Positions 8,530-18,424 of a stretch of DNA of 41,544 bases are shown in pieces. The stretch lies in contig JBBIVV010000002.1 in NCBI GenBank assembly GCA_037439545.1, positions 66,559 through 108,102 on the forward strand, written 5' to 3'. The translations under genes and the position numbers were made by a program. Source of the stretch: a bacterium (GTDB lineage: Bacteria > JAMCPX01). A model generated the notes under the pieces. It had not been told where the DNA came from. It did not search any database and worked only from the letters and a program-made list of their open reading frames with translations. Position 1 is the first letter of the stretch; each line of letters begins with the position of its first letter.

Positions 8530-9102
8530 TTAAAACTCTGTCTCGCCTTTACCGAGTATTCCCGTAACTATGAACTTAAATTTAGAGCTGTCCGGCTGGT
8601 GATCTCTGTTGAATCTGACAAGATAGACGGTATCCCATGACGTAATCCATGGGAAAAAGCCTTTCATTAAATCCCTTTTGCCCTCGATCTTCTTTATAAG
8701 AACGGGAGATTCCACAGTGCCGTCCGCTTCTACGTACAATTTCCACATAGAATCATAACTGTCAAGGGAGTAATCGGCATTCGGTGCCGTGTATACTATA
8801 AGGTAGAAAGCATGCCATTTCTCGTTTTCTTCTTCCTGCTGCTCCAGCATTTTCTCTTTTTCGTCTTTTGACAGCATGTATAACTTTGAGTACTCGTACA
8901 CGTATGCTTTTATAACATCGCCGTTGAGCCGTATGATGTCCATGGACAGAACGGTCGAGAAGTCTTTCTCGATTGTTATGCGGCGGGTATTGTCCGTTAT
9001 TGTTGATTTAAAACTCTCTGAAGCGGCATTGCGGCTCATCAGGCTGCAGCCGGTAAGAAAGAATATAAACAACAAGGATGAAGATCTGAGTCTACTCACC
9101 AA
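8530..9102 (-). CDS. Putative lipoprotein of unknown function
   Basis: Signal peptide ending FLTGC (lipobox); overlaps the pyrE stop; start may be GTG 9099. Confidence 0.7.
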   Translation of the reverse strand: MVSRLRSSSLLFIFFLTGCSLMSRNAASESFKSTITDNTRRITIEKDFSTVLSMDIIRLNGDVIKAYVYEYSKLYMLSKDEKEKMLEQQEEENEKWHAFYLIVYTAPNADYSLDSYDSMWKLYVEADGTVESPVLIKKIEGKRDLMKGFFPWITSWDTVYLVRFNRDHQPDSSKFKFIVTGILGKGETEF

Positions 9103-9646
9103 GGTCCTTTTTAGTGAACAAAGAGAACAATTTATATCCTTTTGATTCTATGTGATCCCTGCCGCCTTCGAGCCTGTCGACTATTGCAATAATGCCCATA
9201 ACCTTTAACCCTGCATCCTGAGCTTTCTCCACTGCCGTGATGGCCGAATGACCTGTCGTAACGATGTCCTCCACGACGATAACTTCATCTCCGGGTTTAA
9301 ACCCTTTTAATCCTTCTACCCACGCACCGGTACCGTGACCTTTCGGCTCTTTCCTTACAATAAAGCCTCTTAACCTCAGTCCGCGGGAATAACCGGTGAC
9401 CATAACAGCAGATATGATAGGGTCGGCACCAAGGGTGATGCCGCCGATGCCTTTTGCTCCCCCGAATTCTTTTTTTATAATATCGACAAAAAGCTCACCG
9501 ACGAGAAAGGCACCTTCCGGATCAAGAGTCGTCTGTTTTCCGTCGATATAGTAGTTGCTTTTTTTGCCCGAAGTGAGCGTGACTTCCCTTTTCTCATAAG
9601 AAAGTGTTTTTAACAGTTCGAGCAGCCTCTGTTTATTTTCCGACAT
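9092..9646 (-). CDS. pyrE: Orotate phosphoribosyltransferase
   Basis: LTSGKKSNYYID, VRKEPKGHG, PRPP-binding VVEDIVTTG. Confidence 0.95.
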   Translation of the reverse strand: MSENKQRLLELLKTLSYEKREVTLTSGKKSNYYIDGKQTTLDPEGAFLVGELFVDIIKKEFGGAKGIGGITLGADPIISAVMVTGYSRGLRLRGFIVRKEPKGHGTGAWVEGLKGFKPGDEVIVVEDIVTTGHSAITAVEKAQDAGLKVMGIIAIVDRLEGGRDHIESKGYKLFSLFTKKDLGE

Positions 9647-11054
9647 TCAGTCTCCCTTCATCAAAGAGTATAAGCTGATGGTCCCTCTTTGTCAGTTCAA
9701 AAGGTTCGGGATAATTACCCGAAAAACATGCATAGCAGAAATTGTCCGCATCATGTCCGGCGACGTTTCTCAAACCTTCTATGCTTAAATATTCAAGGGA
9801 ATCGGCTCCGATAAAATCCTTTATCTCTTTTATGGTATGGCTCGATGATATAAGCTCTGAACGGGTCGGCGTATCGATACCATAATAGCAGGAATAATTT
9901 ATGGGCGGCGAGCTTATGCGCATATGTACTTCTTTTGCGCCTGCATCCCTCAGCATCTTCACGAGAGTCCTGCTTGTCGTGCCCCGGACGATAGAATCAT
10001 CTATTATAATGATACGTTTACCTGAAATGATCTCTGCTATGGGATTCAGTTTAATTTTCACATTGAAATCCCTGATGGACTGGCGCGGCTGTATGAATGT
10101 CCTCCCGACATAGTGGTTTCTTATCAAAGCCATCTGGAACGGGATGCCTGTCTGCTGAGCAAATCCTATTGCAGCAGGCACGCCGGAGTCCGGGACCGGA
10201 ATAACCATATCTGCATCGACGGATGACTCGGTCCCGAGTACCTTCCCGAGTGCAGCCCTTATACCGTACACGCTCTTGCCGAAGATAACACTGTCAGGCC
10301 TCGCAAAGTAGATGTGCTCGAATATACACTGCGAAGCGGTTACTGCCTTATGCGAAAACATATAACTGCGAAGGCTGTTCTCGGTGACGACGACCATCTC
10401 TCCTGCAAGGACATCCCGTATATACCGTGCACCTATCAAATCCAGTGCGCATGTTTCCGAGGCAAACACCATGCTGCCGTTGAGCTCACCGATCACAAGC
10501 GGTCTGAAACCGTAGGGATCCCGCACTGCAATAAGTTCGTTCTCTGTAAGCACGACAAGTGAATAAGCACCCCGGAGTTCATTCAGGGCATATGCAAGCC
10601 TTTCATGCGTTTTCGTACCGTCCGATTTTGCAATGAGATGAACGATTACCTCTGTGTCCATCGTTGATTGGAATATACTGCCATCGGCCTCGAGCCTCGA
10701 ACGGATAGTCTCATAATTTACGATATTACCGTTGTGTGCGATTGCAAGACTGCCGTCCTTGTATTCTACGGCAAATGGCTGTGCGTTTCTGAGTTCGCTC
10801 GATCCATAGGTCGAATACCGCACATGTCCTATTGCATGCTTTCCATGGAGCATGGAAAGTATATGCTCGTTAAACACATCGTTCACCTGGCCCATCTGCT
10901 TGTAAGAGTACAGTTTCTTACCGTCGGATATCGCTATGCCGGCGCTTTCCTGCCCCCGGTGCTGAAGAGCATAGAGACCGAGGTATGTCAGTCGTGCTGC
11001 ATCCGTATTGTTCCATATACCGAATACACCGCAATCTTCTCTTAATTCATCCAT
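9633..11054 (-). CDS. purF: Amidophosphoribosyltransferase
   Basis: Propeptide then CGVFG; LQHRGQESAGI, HVRYST, HNGN, IIDDSIVRGTT, CYYGID, CYACF. Confidence 0.97.
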   Translation of the reverse strand: MDELREDCGVFGIWNNTDAARLTYLGLYALQHRGQESAGIAISDGKKLYSYKQMGQVNDVFNEHILSMLHGKHAIGHVRYSTYGSSELRNAQPFAVEYKDGSLAIAHNGNIVNYETIRSRLEADGSIFQSTMDTEVIVHLIAKSDGTKTHERLAYALNELRGAYSLVVLTENELIAVRDPYGFRPLVIGELNGSMVFASETCALDLIGARYIRDVLAGEMVVVTENSLRSYMFSHKAVTASQCIFEHIYFARPDSVIFGKSVYGIRAALGKVLGTESSVDADMVIPVPDSGVPAAIGFAQQTGIPFQMALIRNHYVGRTFIQPRQSIRDFNVKIKLNPIAEIISGKRIIIIDDSIVRGTTSRTLVKMLRDAGAKEVHMRISSPPINYSCYYGIDTPTRSELISSSHTIKEIKDFIGADSLEYLSIEGLRNVAGHDADNFCYACFSGNYPEPFELTKRDHQLILFDEGRLNVGK

Positions 11055-13237
11055 TATGATAGACCTCTGCCCTGTGCGGTCTTCAGCTCTTCCAAAGTCA
11101 CGGACAGCAGATTGTTAATTTTCAACCGGGAACCTCCGACCCTTCCTATTTCTCTGAAAGGTATATCGTGAGCCTGTGCCATTTTTTTCAATTTATCAAT
11201 ATATTTGTCCGTCGTGGTCACGACGATTCTATGCTGCGATTCGGAGAACAGTTCTATGTCCGGCCTGTAGTGCCACTTTATACGCACATCGGCGCCTCTG
11301 CCGCCCGAAACAGCACTCTGCGCAATCGCAATGCCGAGACCGCCTTCCGAGCAGTCAGTGGCTGATTTTATGAAATGTAATTTATTCATTTCAAGCAATA
11401 AATCTATAAGCCTGGCCTCGGTCGACGGTGATACTTTCGGAGGTTTCCCTTTTATGCGGCCTTTCACTAATTTAAGATATTCACTTCCTCCGTACTCATC
11501 AAGTGTTTCACCGAGCAAAACTATAACGTCATTTTTCTCCTTGAAGCCGGGTGTTATCCTTTTACCGGTGTCCTCTATAATGCCGACCATACCTATGACC
11601 GGCGTCGGATAGATAGATTTGCCCTCTGTCTCGTTATAAAAGCTCACATTCCCGCTTATGACCGGTATATCCATGGTCAGACATGCGGATGTTATACCAT
11701 TTATCGATTCTATGAACTGCCACATGACATCGGGATTTTCAGGGTTGCCGAAGTTCAGACAATCCGTTACCGCGATAGGCCTTGCACCGACACATGCGAT
11801 ATTTCTTGCAGCCTCGCACACGGCAATGCCCGCACCCGTATAAGGATCGAGGTAGGTATATCTTGAATTGCCGTCGGTCGTTATTGCCAGACCTTTTTTT
11901 GAACCTTTAATCCGTATGAGCGCTGCATCCGAACCGGGCTTTATGACCGTATCGGTCCCCACGCTGTGATCGTATTGTTCGTAAGCCCATGCCTTGCTGC
12001 TTATGGTCGGAGATGACAGTAATTCAAGAAAGGTCTTTTTATAGTCGAGAGGCTCGGGCAGCTCGTCTAAGATGTATCCTGTTGCGGCTTCTGCCATATA
12101 AGCCGGTATCCTTGCATACCTCGTGTAGACAGGAGCCCTCTCGACAAGCACGTCAAGCGGAAGCTGGGCCTGGATACGGCTGTGTGCCTTAACGATGATC
12201 TGTTCATCCTTTATGAGCCTGCCGATCATACTTACATCAAGCCCCCATTTTTTAAATATCTTCTCGACGGCTTTCTCGTGCCCCTTTTTGGCAATTATAA
12301 GCATTCTTTCCTGGGACTCTGAAAGCAGGATCTCATAGGGCAGCATGCCTTCTTCCCTTTGGGGGACTTTATCGAGATTAATCTCGATGCCGAGCCTGCC
12401 CTTAGCGGCCATTTCAACGGCAGATGATGTGAGGCCGGCAGCGCCCATATCCTGTATTGCAACGATATGATTACTCCTCATAAGTTCAAGACATGCCTCC
12501 ATAAGGAGCTTTTCCATGAATGGGTCGCCGACCTGAACAGTCGGTTTTAGTCCGGCAGTTTCCTCCGTAAATGCAGCGGATGCCATGGTAGCTCCATGGA
12601 TACCGTCCCTTCCTGTCTTAGATCCGGCATAGAAGACCGGATTGCCTTCGCCCGATGCCTTCGCAAGAAAGATCCTGTCGACAGGAGCTATGCCGACAGC
12701 CATTGCATTGACAAGGATGTTCTCTTTGTACACAGCGTCGAAATAGATCTCACCGCCGACGGTCGGTATGCCCATGCAGTTTCCATAGCCTGCTATGCCT
12801 GCAACGACACCGTCGATAAGATACCTCATCTTACTGTCGTCCGGCTCGCCGAACCTCAGTGAATCCAATAGGGCAACAGGCCTTGCACCCATGGTAAATA
12901 TATCCCTGAGTATGCCGCCGACACCGGTTGCCGCACCATTGTAAGGCTCTATGAATGAGGGATGATTATGACTCTCCATTTTGAAGATTACCGCCAGTCC
13001 GTCACCTATTGATACGGCGCCTGCATTCTCACCGGGGCCGATAAGTACATTCTTGCCGGTGGACGGCATGCGCCTGAGATAGGGCTTTGAGCTCTTATAG
13101 CTGCAGTGCTCACTCCACATTGCAGAGAAGACCCACAGCTCCGTAAGGTTCGGCTCCCTGTCTATGAACTCAACGATTCTTTTATATTCGTCCGCGGTAA
13201 GGTTTAACTCTTTCAGTATCCTGTCTAAATTTTCCAT
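11054..13237 (-). CDS. purL: Phosphoribosylformylglycinamidine synthase subunit PurL
   Basis: [42 protein letters not shown] motifs. Confidence 0.97.
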   Translation of the reverse strand: MENLDRILKELNLTADEYKRIVEFIDREPNLTELWVFSAMWSEHCSYKSSKPYLRRMPSTGKNVLIGPGENAGAVSIGDGLAVIFKMESHNHPSFIEPYNGAATGVGGILRDIFTMGARPVALLDSLRFGEPDDSKMRYLIDGVVAGIAGYGNCMGIPTVGGEIYFDAVYKENILVNAMAVGIAPVDRIFLAKASGEGNPVFYAGSKTGRDGIHGATMASAAFTEETAGLKPTVQVGDPFMEKLLMEACLELMRSNHIVAIQDMGAAGLTSSAVEMAAKGRLGIEINLDKVPQREEGMLPYEILLSESQERMLIIAKKGHEKAVEKIFKKWGLDVSMIGRLIKDEQIIVKAHSRIQAQLPLDVLVERAPVYTRYARIPAYMAEAATGYILDELPEPLDYKKTFLELLSSPTISSKAWAYEQYDHSVGTDTVIKPGSDAALIRIKGSKKGLAITTDGNSRYTYLDPYTGAGIAVCEAARNIACVGARPIAVTDCLNFGNPENPDVMWQFIESINGITSACLTMDIPVISGNVSFYNETEGKSIYPTPVIGMVGIIEDTGKRITPGFKEKNDVIVLLGETLDEYGGSEYLKLVKGRIKGKPPKVSPSTEARLIDLLLEMNKLHFIKSATDCSEGGLGIAIAQSAVSGGRGADVRIKWHYRPDIELFSESQHRIVVTTTDKYIDKLKKMAQAHDIPFREIGRVGGSRLKINNLLSVTLEELKTAQGRGLS

Positions 13238-13238
13238 A

Positions 13239-13937
13239 TTATGCCAGTGCCTTCTTTATCGACAGGAAGATCCGTTTCCCGTCTTCGCTGCCGAGCAGCT
13301 TGTCAGCCGATCTCTCAGGATGGGGCATCATGGCGAGTATAGTGCCGGCCGTATTGCATATACCTGCAATACCGTTCAGAGAACCGTTCGGATTTGATTC
13401 CTCTGTGTTCCTGCCTTTTTCATCGACATACCGGAAAACAACCTGATCGTTGTCTTCAAGGCGCTTCAACGATTCCTCAGATGCATAGTAATTGCCATCT
13501 GCATGGGCTATAGGTATTCTCAACACCTCTCCTTTTTTGTAAAACAAGGTAAAAGGCGTATCATTCCTTTCAACCCTTATAGTGACATCCCTGCATATGA
13601 ATTTGAGCGTTTTGTTCTTTTGCATCGCACCGGGGAGCATGGATGCTTCAAGCAGGATCTGGAAGCCATTACATATACCCAGCACGAGCCCGCCCTTCTC
13701 CGAGTAAACTTTTAACGCATCCATGACAGGGGAAAACCTTGCAAGCGCACCCGCCCTCAGGTAATCACCGTAGGAAAATCCTCCGGGGATGAGGATCAAT
13801 TGATACTTGCCAAGCGACCTTTTTTCATACCATACATAATCGACGTCGATACCCATGGTATGTTCTGCAGCGTGGTAAAGATCCCTGTCGCAGTTCGTTC
13901 CCGGAAACACGATGACACCTGCTCTCAGTTTTGCCAT
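13239..13937 (-). CDS. purQ: FGAM synthase glutaminase subunit PurQ
   Basis: [36 protein letters not shown] motifs. Confidence 0.97.
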   Translation of the reverse strand: MAKLRAGVIVFPGTNCDRDLYHAAEHTMGIDVDYVWYEKRSLGKYQLILIPGGFSYGDYLRAGALARFSPVMDALKVYSEKGGLVLGICNGFQILLEASMLPGAMQKNKTLKFICRDVTIRVERNDTPFTLFYKKGEVLRIPIAHADGNYYASEESLKRLEDNDQVVFRYVDEKGRNTEESNPNGSLNGIAGICNTAGTILAMMPHPERSADKLLGSEDGKRIFLSIKKALA

Positions 13938-13953
13938 GATAAACTTTCAGCCT

Positions 13954-14205
13954 TCAGTTCCCGACGATCTCAAAGGTGAAGTCTTCGATTACCTTATTGA
14001 CGAGCAGTGTTTCACACATCTTCTGGACATCGGACTGTGCAGTGCTTCTGTCGCCGGCATCGAGGTTGATTTCGATGTATTTGCCGACACGGACATCTTG
14101 TGTCCTGTTAAACCCGAGTTTACCGAGCGCACCGAGGACCGCCTTGCCCTGAGGATCGAGTATGCCCTTTTTCGGTTTTATAAATATTTTTGCTATCACA
14201 TTCAT
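13954..14205 (-). CDS. purS: FGAM synthase subunit PurS
   Basis: ILDPQGKAV, VRVGKYIE, LLVNKVIEDF. Real start is ATG 14205 or GTG 14199 (AGGAG SD), not 14250. Confidence 0.93.
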   Translation of the reverse strand: MNVIAKIFIKPKKGILDPQGKAVLGALGKLGFNRTQDVRVGKYIEINLDAGDRSTAQSDVQKMCETLLVNKVIEDFTFEIVGN

Positions 14206-15647
14206 CTCCTTCCCGGAACTCCTTTTCTTATTACACTCACATACAGCCATACAATGACTATCATAAGTATGCCTAACGAATAAAATAATAACACGGTGAG
14301 GACTGTCAATAAAAGTGTATTCTCAACAGGTATAAAGGTAAACCCTAAGATCATTTTTACTGCAAGGTAAAGAGCCAGAAGACTTGCCGGCAGGAAAAGC
14401 ATATACCCCAGCAGCTTTGGTTTGTCGTAGAAAAACTTTTTATGCAGGAGACCGTAGAGGGTGTACGCAGACCACAGCAAAAGACTCCAGATGATCCACG
14501 ACAGATAGCCTTTTAAGGGCAGGGTTGAAAAGTAGTAATAAAAATCAAAAAAAGGAGCAAGGATAAACCGTAAGGTGCCCCAGTACTGATGAGGATAATC
14601 ATAAATAATGGGTATGATGTCGTCGACCTGTTTGCTGCGCAGCATTGAAATTATTTTTTTGTTCAATTCCGATGAATTGTACAGGGAAGCCCCGGGTATC
14701 TCAAATGCCGTCCATGTATATGCATAATTACCCCAGCCATGCCAGTCGCTTGAGGCAATCAACGGTATGCGATACTGCTCCGATACCAGGGAAGCCATGT
14801 GTCTGACAGAGGCATCGAGCTTTTGTTTGTGTCCTGCATTGGCTATCTCGAATGCGTCAACGCCGTCATTTATGTAATGCACGAGATCGACTCCTCCGTG
14901 GAGCCACCACAGGGCAAGCACAACGGCACCGCCCTGACGGTGAACGGCCCTGGTAAGGGCCGATACGCTCGTGATATCCTGAGCGGATACCGGAGCTGTC
15001 AGACCGAGAGTAAGAAAGAAATGAGCGTCACCGTTGACACGGACCTCTTCGCCGATCATGGATTTGTAAGATGTCAACAGAGAAAGGTTCTGTTCAGCTA
15101 TGGCCCCGGAAATATTATAATGTTCCGTTACATACCAGCCCGTAAACCCCTGATTGACATGGTATTGAATGTTTTGCGCCGGGGTAACAAGACCGTCATG
15201 CGAATAGAACGTATGAGAATGGGGATCGATGAGGCAGTAAGCCTTGTTTTCAGATACAGCCCTTAACAAGGGAAATGGGGTAAAAAGCATATATACGGCA
15301 AAAAGAGAAAATCCCAGTATATAAGCTGCTATGTATACGGGTATTTTTGAGGAGCGCTTCTTTACGGCTGTATACGATAAAACAAACAATAAGCCCCAGA
15401 TAAACAATGAAATGCTCTCTGCCCTTATGGAATGGGTTGTGCTCAGGTAGAGTGGTATGCCGATGAAAGGCTCAAAGAAGTATTTGAGCCCTGGTATTAC
15501 AAGTTTAAAGCCTGTTGCAGGGGCGTAGGTAGCCGCATTGAGCAGTGTGTAGGTGCCTGCCGGCAACAGTTCGAGCAGGGTGATCAATGTTATGAAAGAA
15601 GATATAAACGGGTGTGTTTTTAGTGTCTTGATAACATTTAATTTCAT
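14202..15647 (-). CDS. Membrane-anchored PHP-domain metallohydrolase
   Basis: DPHSHT.YSHDG, VTEHY, GEE and SSDWHG metal-ligand motifs, flanked by N- and C-terminal TM bundles. Confidence 0.8.
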   Translation of the reverse strand: MKLNVIKTLKTHPFISSFITLITLLELLPAGTYTLLNAATYAPATGFKLVIPGLKYFFEPFIGIPLYLSTTHSIRAESISLFIWGLLFVLSYTAVKKRSSKIPVYIAAYILGFSLFAVYMLFTPFPLLRAVSENKAYCLIDPHSHTFYSHDGLVTPAQNIQYHVNQGFTGWYVTEHYNISGAIAEQNLSLLTSYKSMIGEEVRVNGDAHFFLTLGLTAPVSAQDITSVSALTRAVHRQGGAVVLALWWLHGGVDLVHYINDGVDAFEIANAGHKQKLDASVRHMASLVSEQYRIPLIASSDWHGWGNYAYTWTAFEIPGASLYNSSELNKKIISMLRSKQVDDIIPIIYDYPHQYWGTLRFILAPFFDFYYYFSTLPLKGYLSWIIWSLLLWSAYTLYGLLHKKFFYDKPKLLGYMLFLPASLLALYLAVKMILGFTFIPVENTLLLTVLTVLLFYSLGILMIVIVWLYVSVIRKGVPGRR

Positions 15648-15703
15648 TGACTATTATAAATATTAGATTGCATAAAAATGCAATTAAAAGTTTTTAGAAG
15701 TAA

Positions 15704-15805
15704 ACCCCGTGAGAAAAGACGTGGCTTTAAACCACGCCCTTTCTATAAGGAATTAAAAATTATCATAGTATCCCCACCATCAATGGTGTGGCTTTCTCAC
15801 GGGGT
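15704..15805. repeat. MITE/REP-like element with 13-bp perfect terminal inverted repeats
   Basis: ACCCCGTGAGAAA (15704-15716) and TTTCTCACGGGGT (15793-15805); internal hairpins CGTGG...CCACG and CACCAT-CA-ATGGTG. Confidence 0.7.
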
Positions 15806-15938
15806 AAATTCACGGTAAGGTATCGATTGTTTCGCAAAAAAGTAATAGTATATAAAACGGGACCAGGTAAAGACCCGCCGGTAACCTATGATAAAAATTG
15901 ATTGTTTTTATTGGATTTTATTGGATCCAAAAATAGTA

Positions 15939-15968
15939 TTGACAACGCCAAAAATAACTATATATAGT
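15939..15968 (+). promoter_or_regulatory. Putative sigma70 promoter of nrdJ
   Basis: TTGACA 15939-15944, 18 bp spacer, TATAGT 15963-15968. Confidence 0.6.
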
Positions 15969-16001
15969 TATTTTAAATTTGCATAATACTATATATGGAG
16001 G
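15955..16001 (+). promoter_or_regulatory. Tandem NrdR boxes
   Basis: TAACTATATATAGTTA (15955-15970) and ATACTATATATGGAGG (15986-16001) match the core of acaCwAtATaTwGtgt. They are 31 bp apart and directly upstream of an RNR gene. Confidence 0.85.
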
Positions 16002-16005
16002 GTGT

Positions 16006-18354
16006 ATGGTAGAACAAAATCATATAAATATCAGGCAATTAGTGCCGCCATTTGAATTGAAATTTACCGATAATGCCATAAAAGTGCTCGAAAAAAGGTA
16101 TCTCAAAAGGAATGAAGCAGGGGTACCTGTCGAAACGCCGGAACAGATGCTCATGAGGGTGGCTTACAGTATAGCAGGTATGGACGCCAAGTATGAACCC
16201 GGCAAAGACATTGAGCAGGTTGCCGGTCGATTTTATGAGTTGATGGGGAACCTCGAATTCTTGCCGAACTCTCCAACTCTTATGAATGCAGGGAGAGAGC
16301 TCGGCCAGTTATCCGCATGTTTCGTTCTTCCCGTCGAAGACTCGATGGAAAGCATTTTTGAAACCATAAAAAATACAGCACTTATTCATAAAAGCGGAGG
16401 AGGTACCGGTTTTTCGTTTTCACGCATAAGACCGAAGAACGATGTCGTGCTCTCTACGAAAGGCATATCGAGCGGCCCCATATCGTTTATGACCGTGTTC
16501 GATGCTGCTACGGAAACGATAAAACAGGGCGGGACAAGAAGGGGAGCGAACATGGGCATCTTGCGCGTCGATCATCCCGACATCCTTGATTTCATACATT
16601 CAAAAGAACAAACAGACAAGCTGAACAACTTCAACATATCCGTGGCCATTACAGAAGAGTTCATGAACGCTGTCGAGCATAATGCAGAGTATGAACTTTT
16701 GAATCCAAGGACAAGGCAGACAGGCGGAACATTAAATGCAAGAGAGGTATTCAACAGCATTATTCATCATGCATGGCTTACCGGTGAGCCCGGTATTATC
16801 TTTCTCGACCGAATCAACAAGGCAAATCCCACACCGCAGATAGGGCAGATAGAAAGTACCAATCCGTGCGGCGAACAGCCCTTGCTTCCGTATGAATCCT
16901 GCAATCTCGGCTCGATAAACCTTGCTAAAATGGTAAACAGGATTAACGGTGTATATGAAATAGACTGGGACAAGCTGAAACAAACGACAAAAGACGCCGT
17001 CCACTTTCTTGACAACGTCATAGATGCCAACAGATTTCCCCTGCCTAAAATAGAACAGATGACAAAGGCAAACAGGAAGATTGGGCTCGGTGTCATGGGG
17101 TTTGCCGATATGCTGGTGAAGCTCGAGATACCTTACGATTCCGAAGATGCAATAGCTATCGCAGGCAAAACGATGAAGACCATTCGCGAAGCAGGCAGGG
17201 AGATGTCTCATGAACTTGCCGGGAAGAGAGGTGCGTTCCCTAATTTTAAAGGCAGTATTTATGATACGCCCGGTGCAAAACCTCTCCGGAATGCAACTAT
17301 CACGACAATAGCACCGACAGGCACCCTGAGCATTATTGCAGGCGTATCAAGCGGCATAGAACCCATTTTTGCGCTTGCATATACCAGGAACGTACTTGAT
17401 AATACCCAGCTTCCGGAGATACACCCCTTGTTTTTCGATACAGCAAAAAGGGAACACTTTTATTCGGATGAGCTGGTAAAGAAGGTTGTGGAAAAGGGCA
17501 GTGCGCATAAAATATCAGAGGTCCCTGAAAAATGGCAGAAGGTTTTTAGTGTGGCCCACGACATTACACCTCTCTGGCATATTAAGATGCAGGCAGCTTT
17601 CCAGGAATATGTCGATAATGCGGTAAGCAAGACGGTTAATTTTCACGGAGATGCAACACAGCATGACGTGGAAGACGTTTACTGGCTTGCCTATAAGCTC
17701 GGATGCAAAGGTGTGACCGTTTACAGGGACGGCAGCAGGGAAAGTCAGGTGCTTTCCGTAAACGGAAATGATCATAAGGCAAAAGAAGATACAGCCATAC
17801 AGAAGCAGTCTTCATCGCCAAAGCCGAGACCGGAGGTTATATCAGGAACGACGAGGAGGATGACCACAGGCTGCGGTAACCTTTATGTCACGATTAATGA
17901 AGACAAGGAAGGGCCGTTCGAGGTATTTGCAGCCATGGGAAAGGCGGGAGGATGCAGTTCGTCCCAGACAGAGGCCATATCGAGACTTATATCCCTTTCA
18001 TTGAGAACAGGTATCGACAGAGAAACGATAATAAAACAGCTCAAAGGCGTACGGTGTCCTGCACCTGCAAGAGAAAGGGGCGGGGGAGTCATACTGTCGT
18101 GTGCAGATGCCATTGCAAAGGCAATCGAAAGGCATCTTGAAGAAAGCCAGGGAAAACAGACCGAGAATAAACCGACTTTCTCACTTGATGCATCGAGTAT
18201 CACCGGTGTAAATGCAAAACATAATATAAAGGAAACACCGTATGTACTGGAAGGTGACATGCTTTATCCGTCGTGCCCGGAATGCGGCAGTGTAATGATG
18301 CCGTCAGAGGGCTGCTATACCTGCCCAAGCTGCGGTTACTCGAAGTGCCTGTGA
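16006..18354 (+). CDS. nrdJ: Class II (adenosylcobalamin-dependent) ribonucleotide reductase with fused C-terminal TSCPD-type and Zn-ribbon regions
   Basis: PNSPTLMNAG, LSACFV, QGGTRRGANM, TNPCGEQPL, IAPTGT, LSCADAI and terminal CPECG...CPSCGYSKC. ATG 16006 follows GGAGG. No ATP cone; no R2 gene nearby. Confidence 0.93.
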   Translation: MVEQNHINIRQLVPPFELKFTDNAIKVLEKRYLKRNEAGVPVETPEQMLMRVAYSIAGMDAKYEPGKDIEQVAGRFYELMGNLEFLPNSPTLMNAGRELGQLSACFVLPVEDSMESIFETIKNTALIHKSGGGTGFSFSRIRPKNDVVLSTKGISSGPISFMTVFDAATETIKQGGTRRGANMGILRVDHPDILDFIHSKEQTDKLNNFNISVAITEEFMNAVEHNAEYELLNPRTRQTGGTLNAREVFNSIIHHAWLTGEPGIIFLDRINKANPTPQIGQIESTNPCGEQPLLPYESCNLGSINLAKMVNRINGVYEIDWDKLKQTTKDAVHFLDNVIDANRFPLPKIEQMTKANRKIGLGVMGFADMLVKLEIPYDSEDAIAIAGKTMKTIREAGREMSHELAGKRGAFPNFKGSIYDTPGAKPLRNATITTIAPTGTLSIIAGVSSGIEPIFALAYTRNVLDNTQLPEIHPLFFDTAKREHFYSDELVKKVVEKGSAHKISEVPEKWQKVFSVAHDITPLWHIKMQAAFQEYVDNAVSKTVNFHGDATQHDVEDVYWLAYKLGCKGVTVYRDGSRESQVLSVNGNDHKAKEDTAIQKQSSSPKPRPEVISGTTRRMTTGCGNLYVTINEDKEGPFEVFAAMGKAGGCSSSQTEAISRLISLSLRTGIDRETIIKQLKGVRCPAPARERGGGVILSCADAIAKAIERHLEESQGKQTENKPTFSLDASSITGVNAKHNIKETPYVLEGDMLYPSCPECGSVMMPSEGCYTCPSCGYSKCL

Positions 18355-18424
18355 CGGAGCTCCGTTAAAATGACGGATCTTTTTAATGCGCTCAACAGAA
18401 TAATACGATAGGGAGGATAATTGA

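Noticed and set aside
14324..14388. Cobalamin riboswitch-like words on the plus strand (ACTGCAA...GAGCCAGAAGACTTGCC)
   Set aside because: Lies antisense inside the PHP coding region, about 1.6 kb from nrdJ, and lacks the GGGAA core and convincing stems. An Infernal search with the Cobalamin model would settle it.
16006..18354. Intein or intron in nrdJ
   Set aside because: Motifs are contiguous, length is normal and no intein termini or homing endonuclease signature is present.
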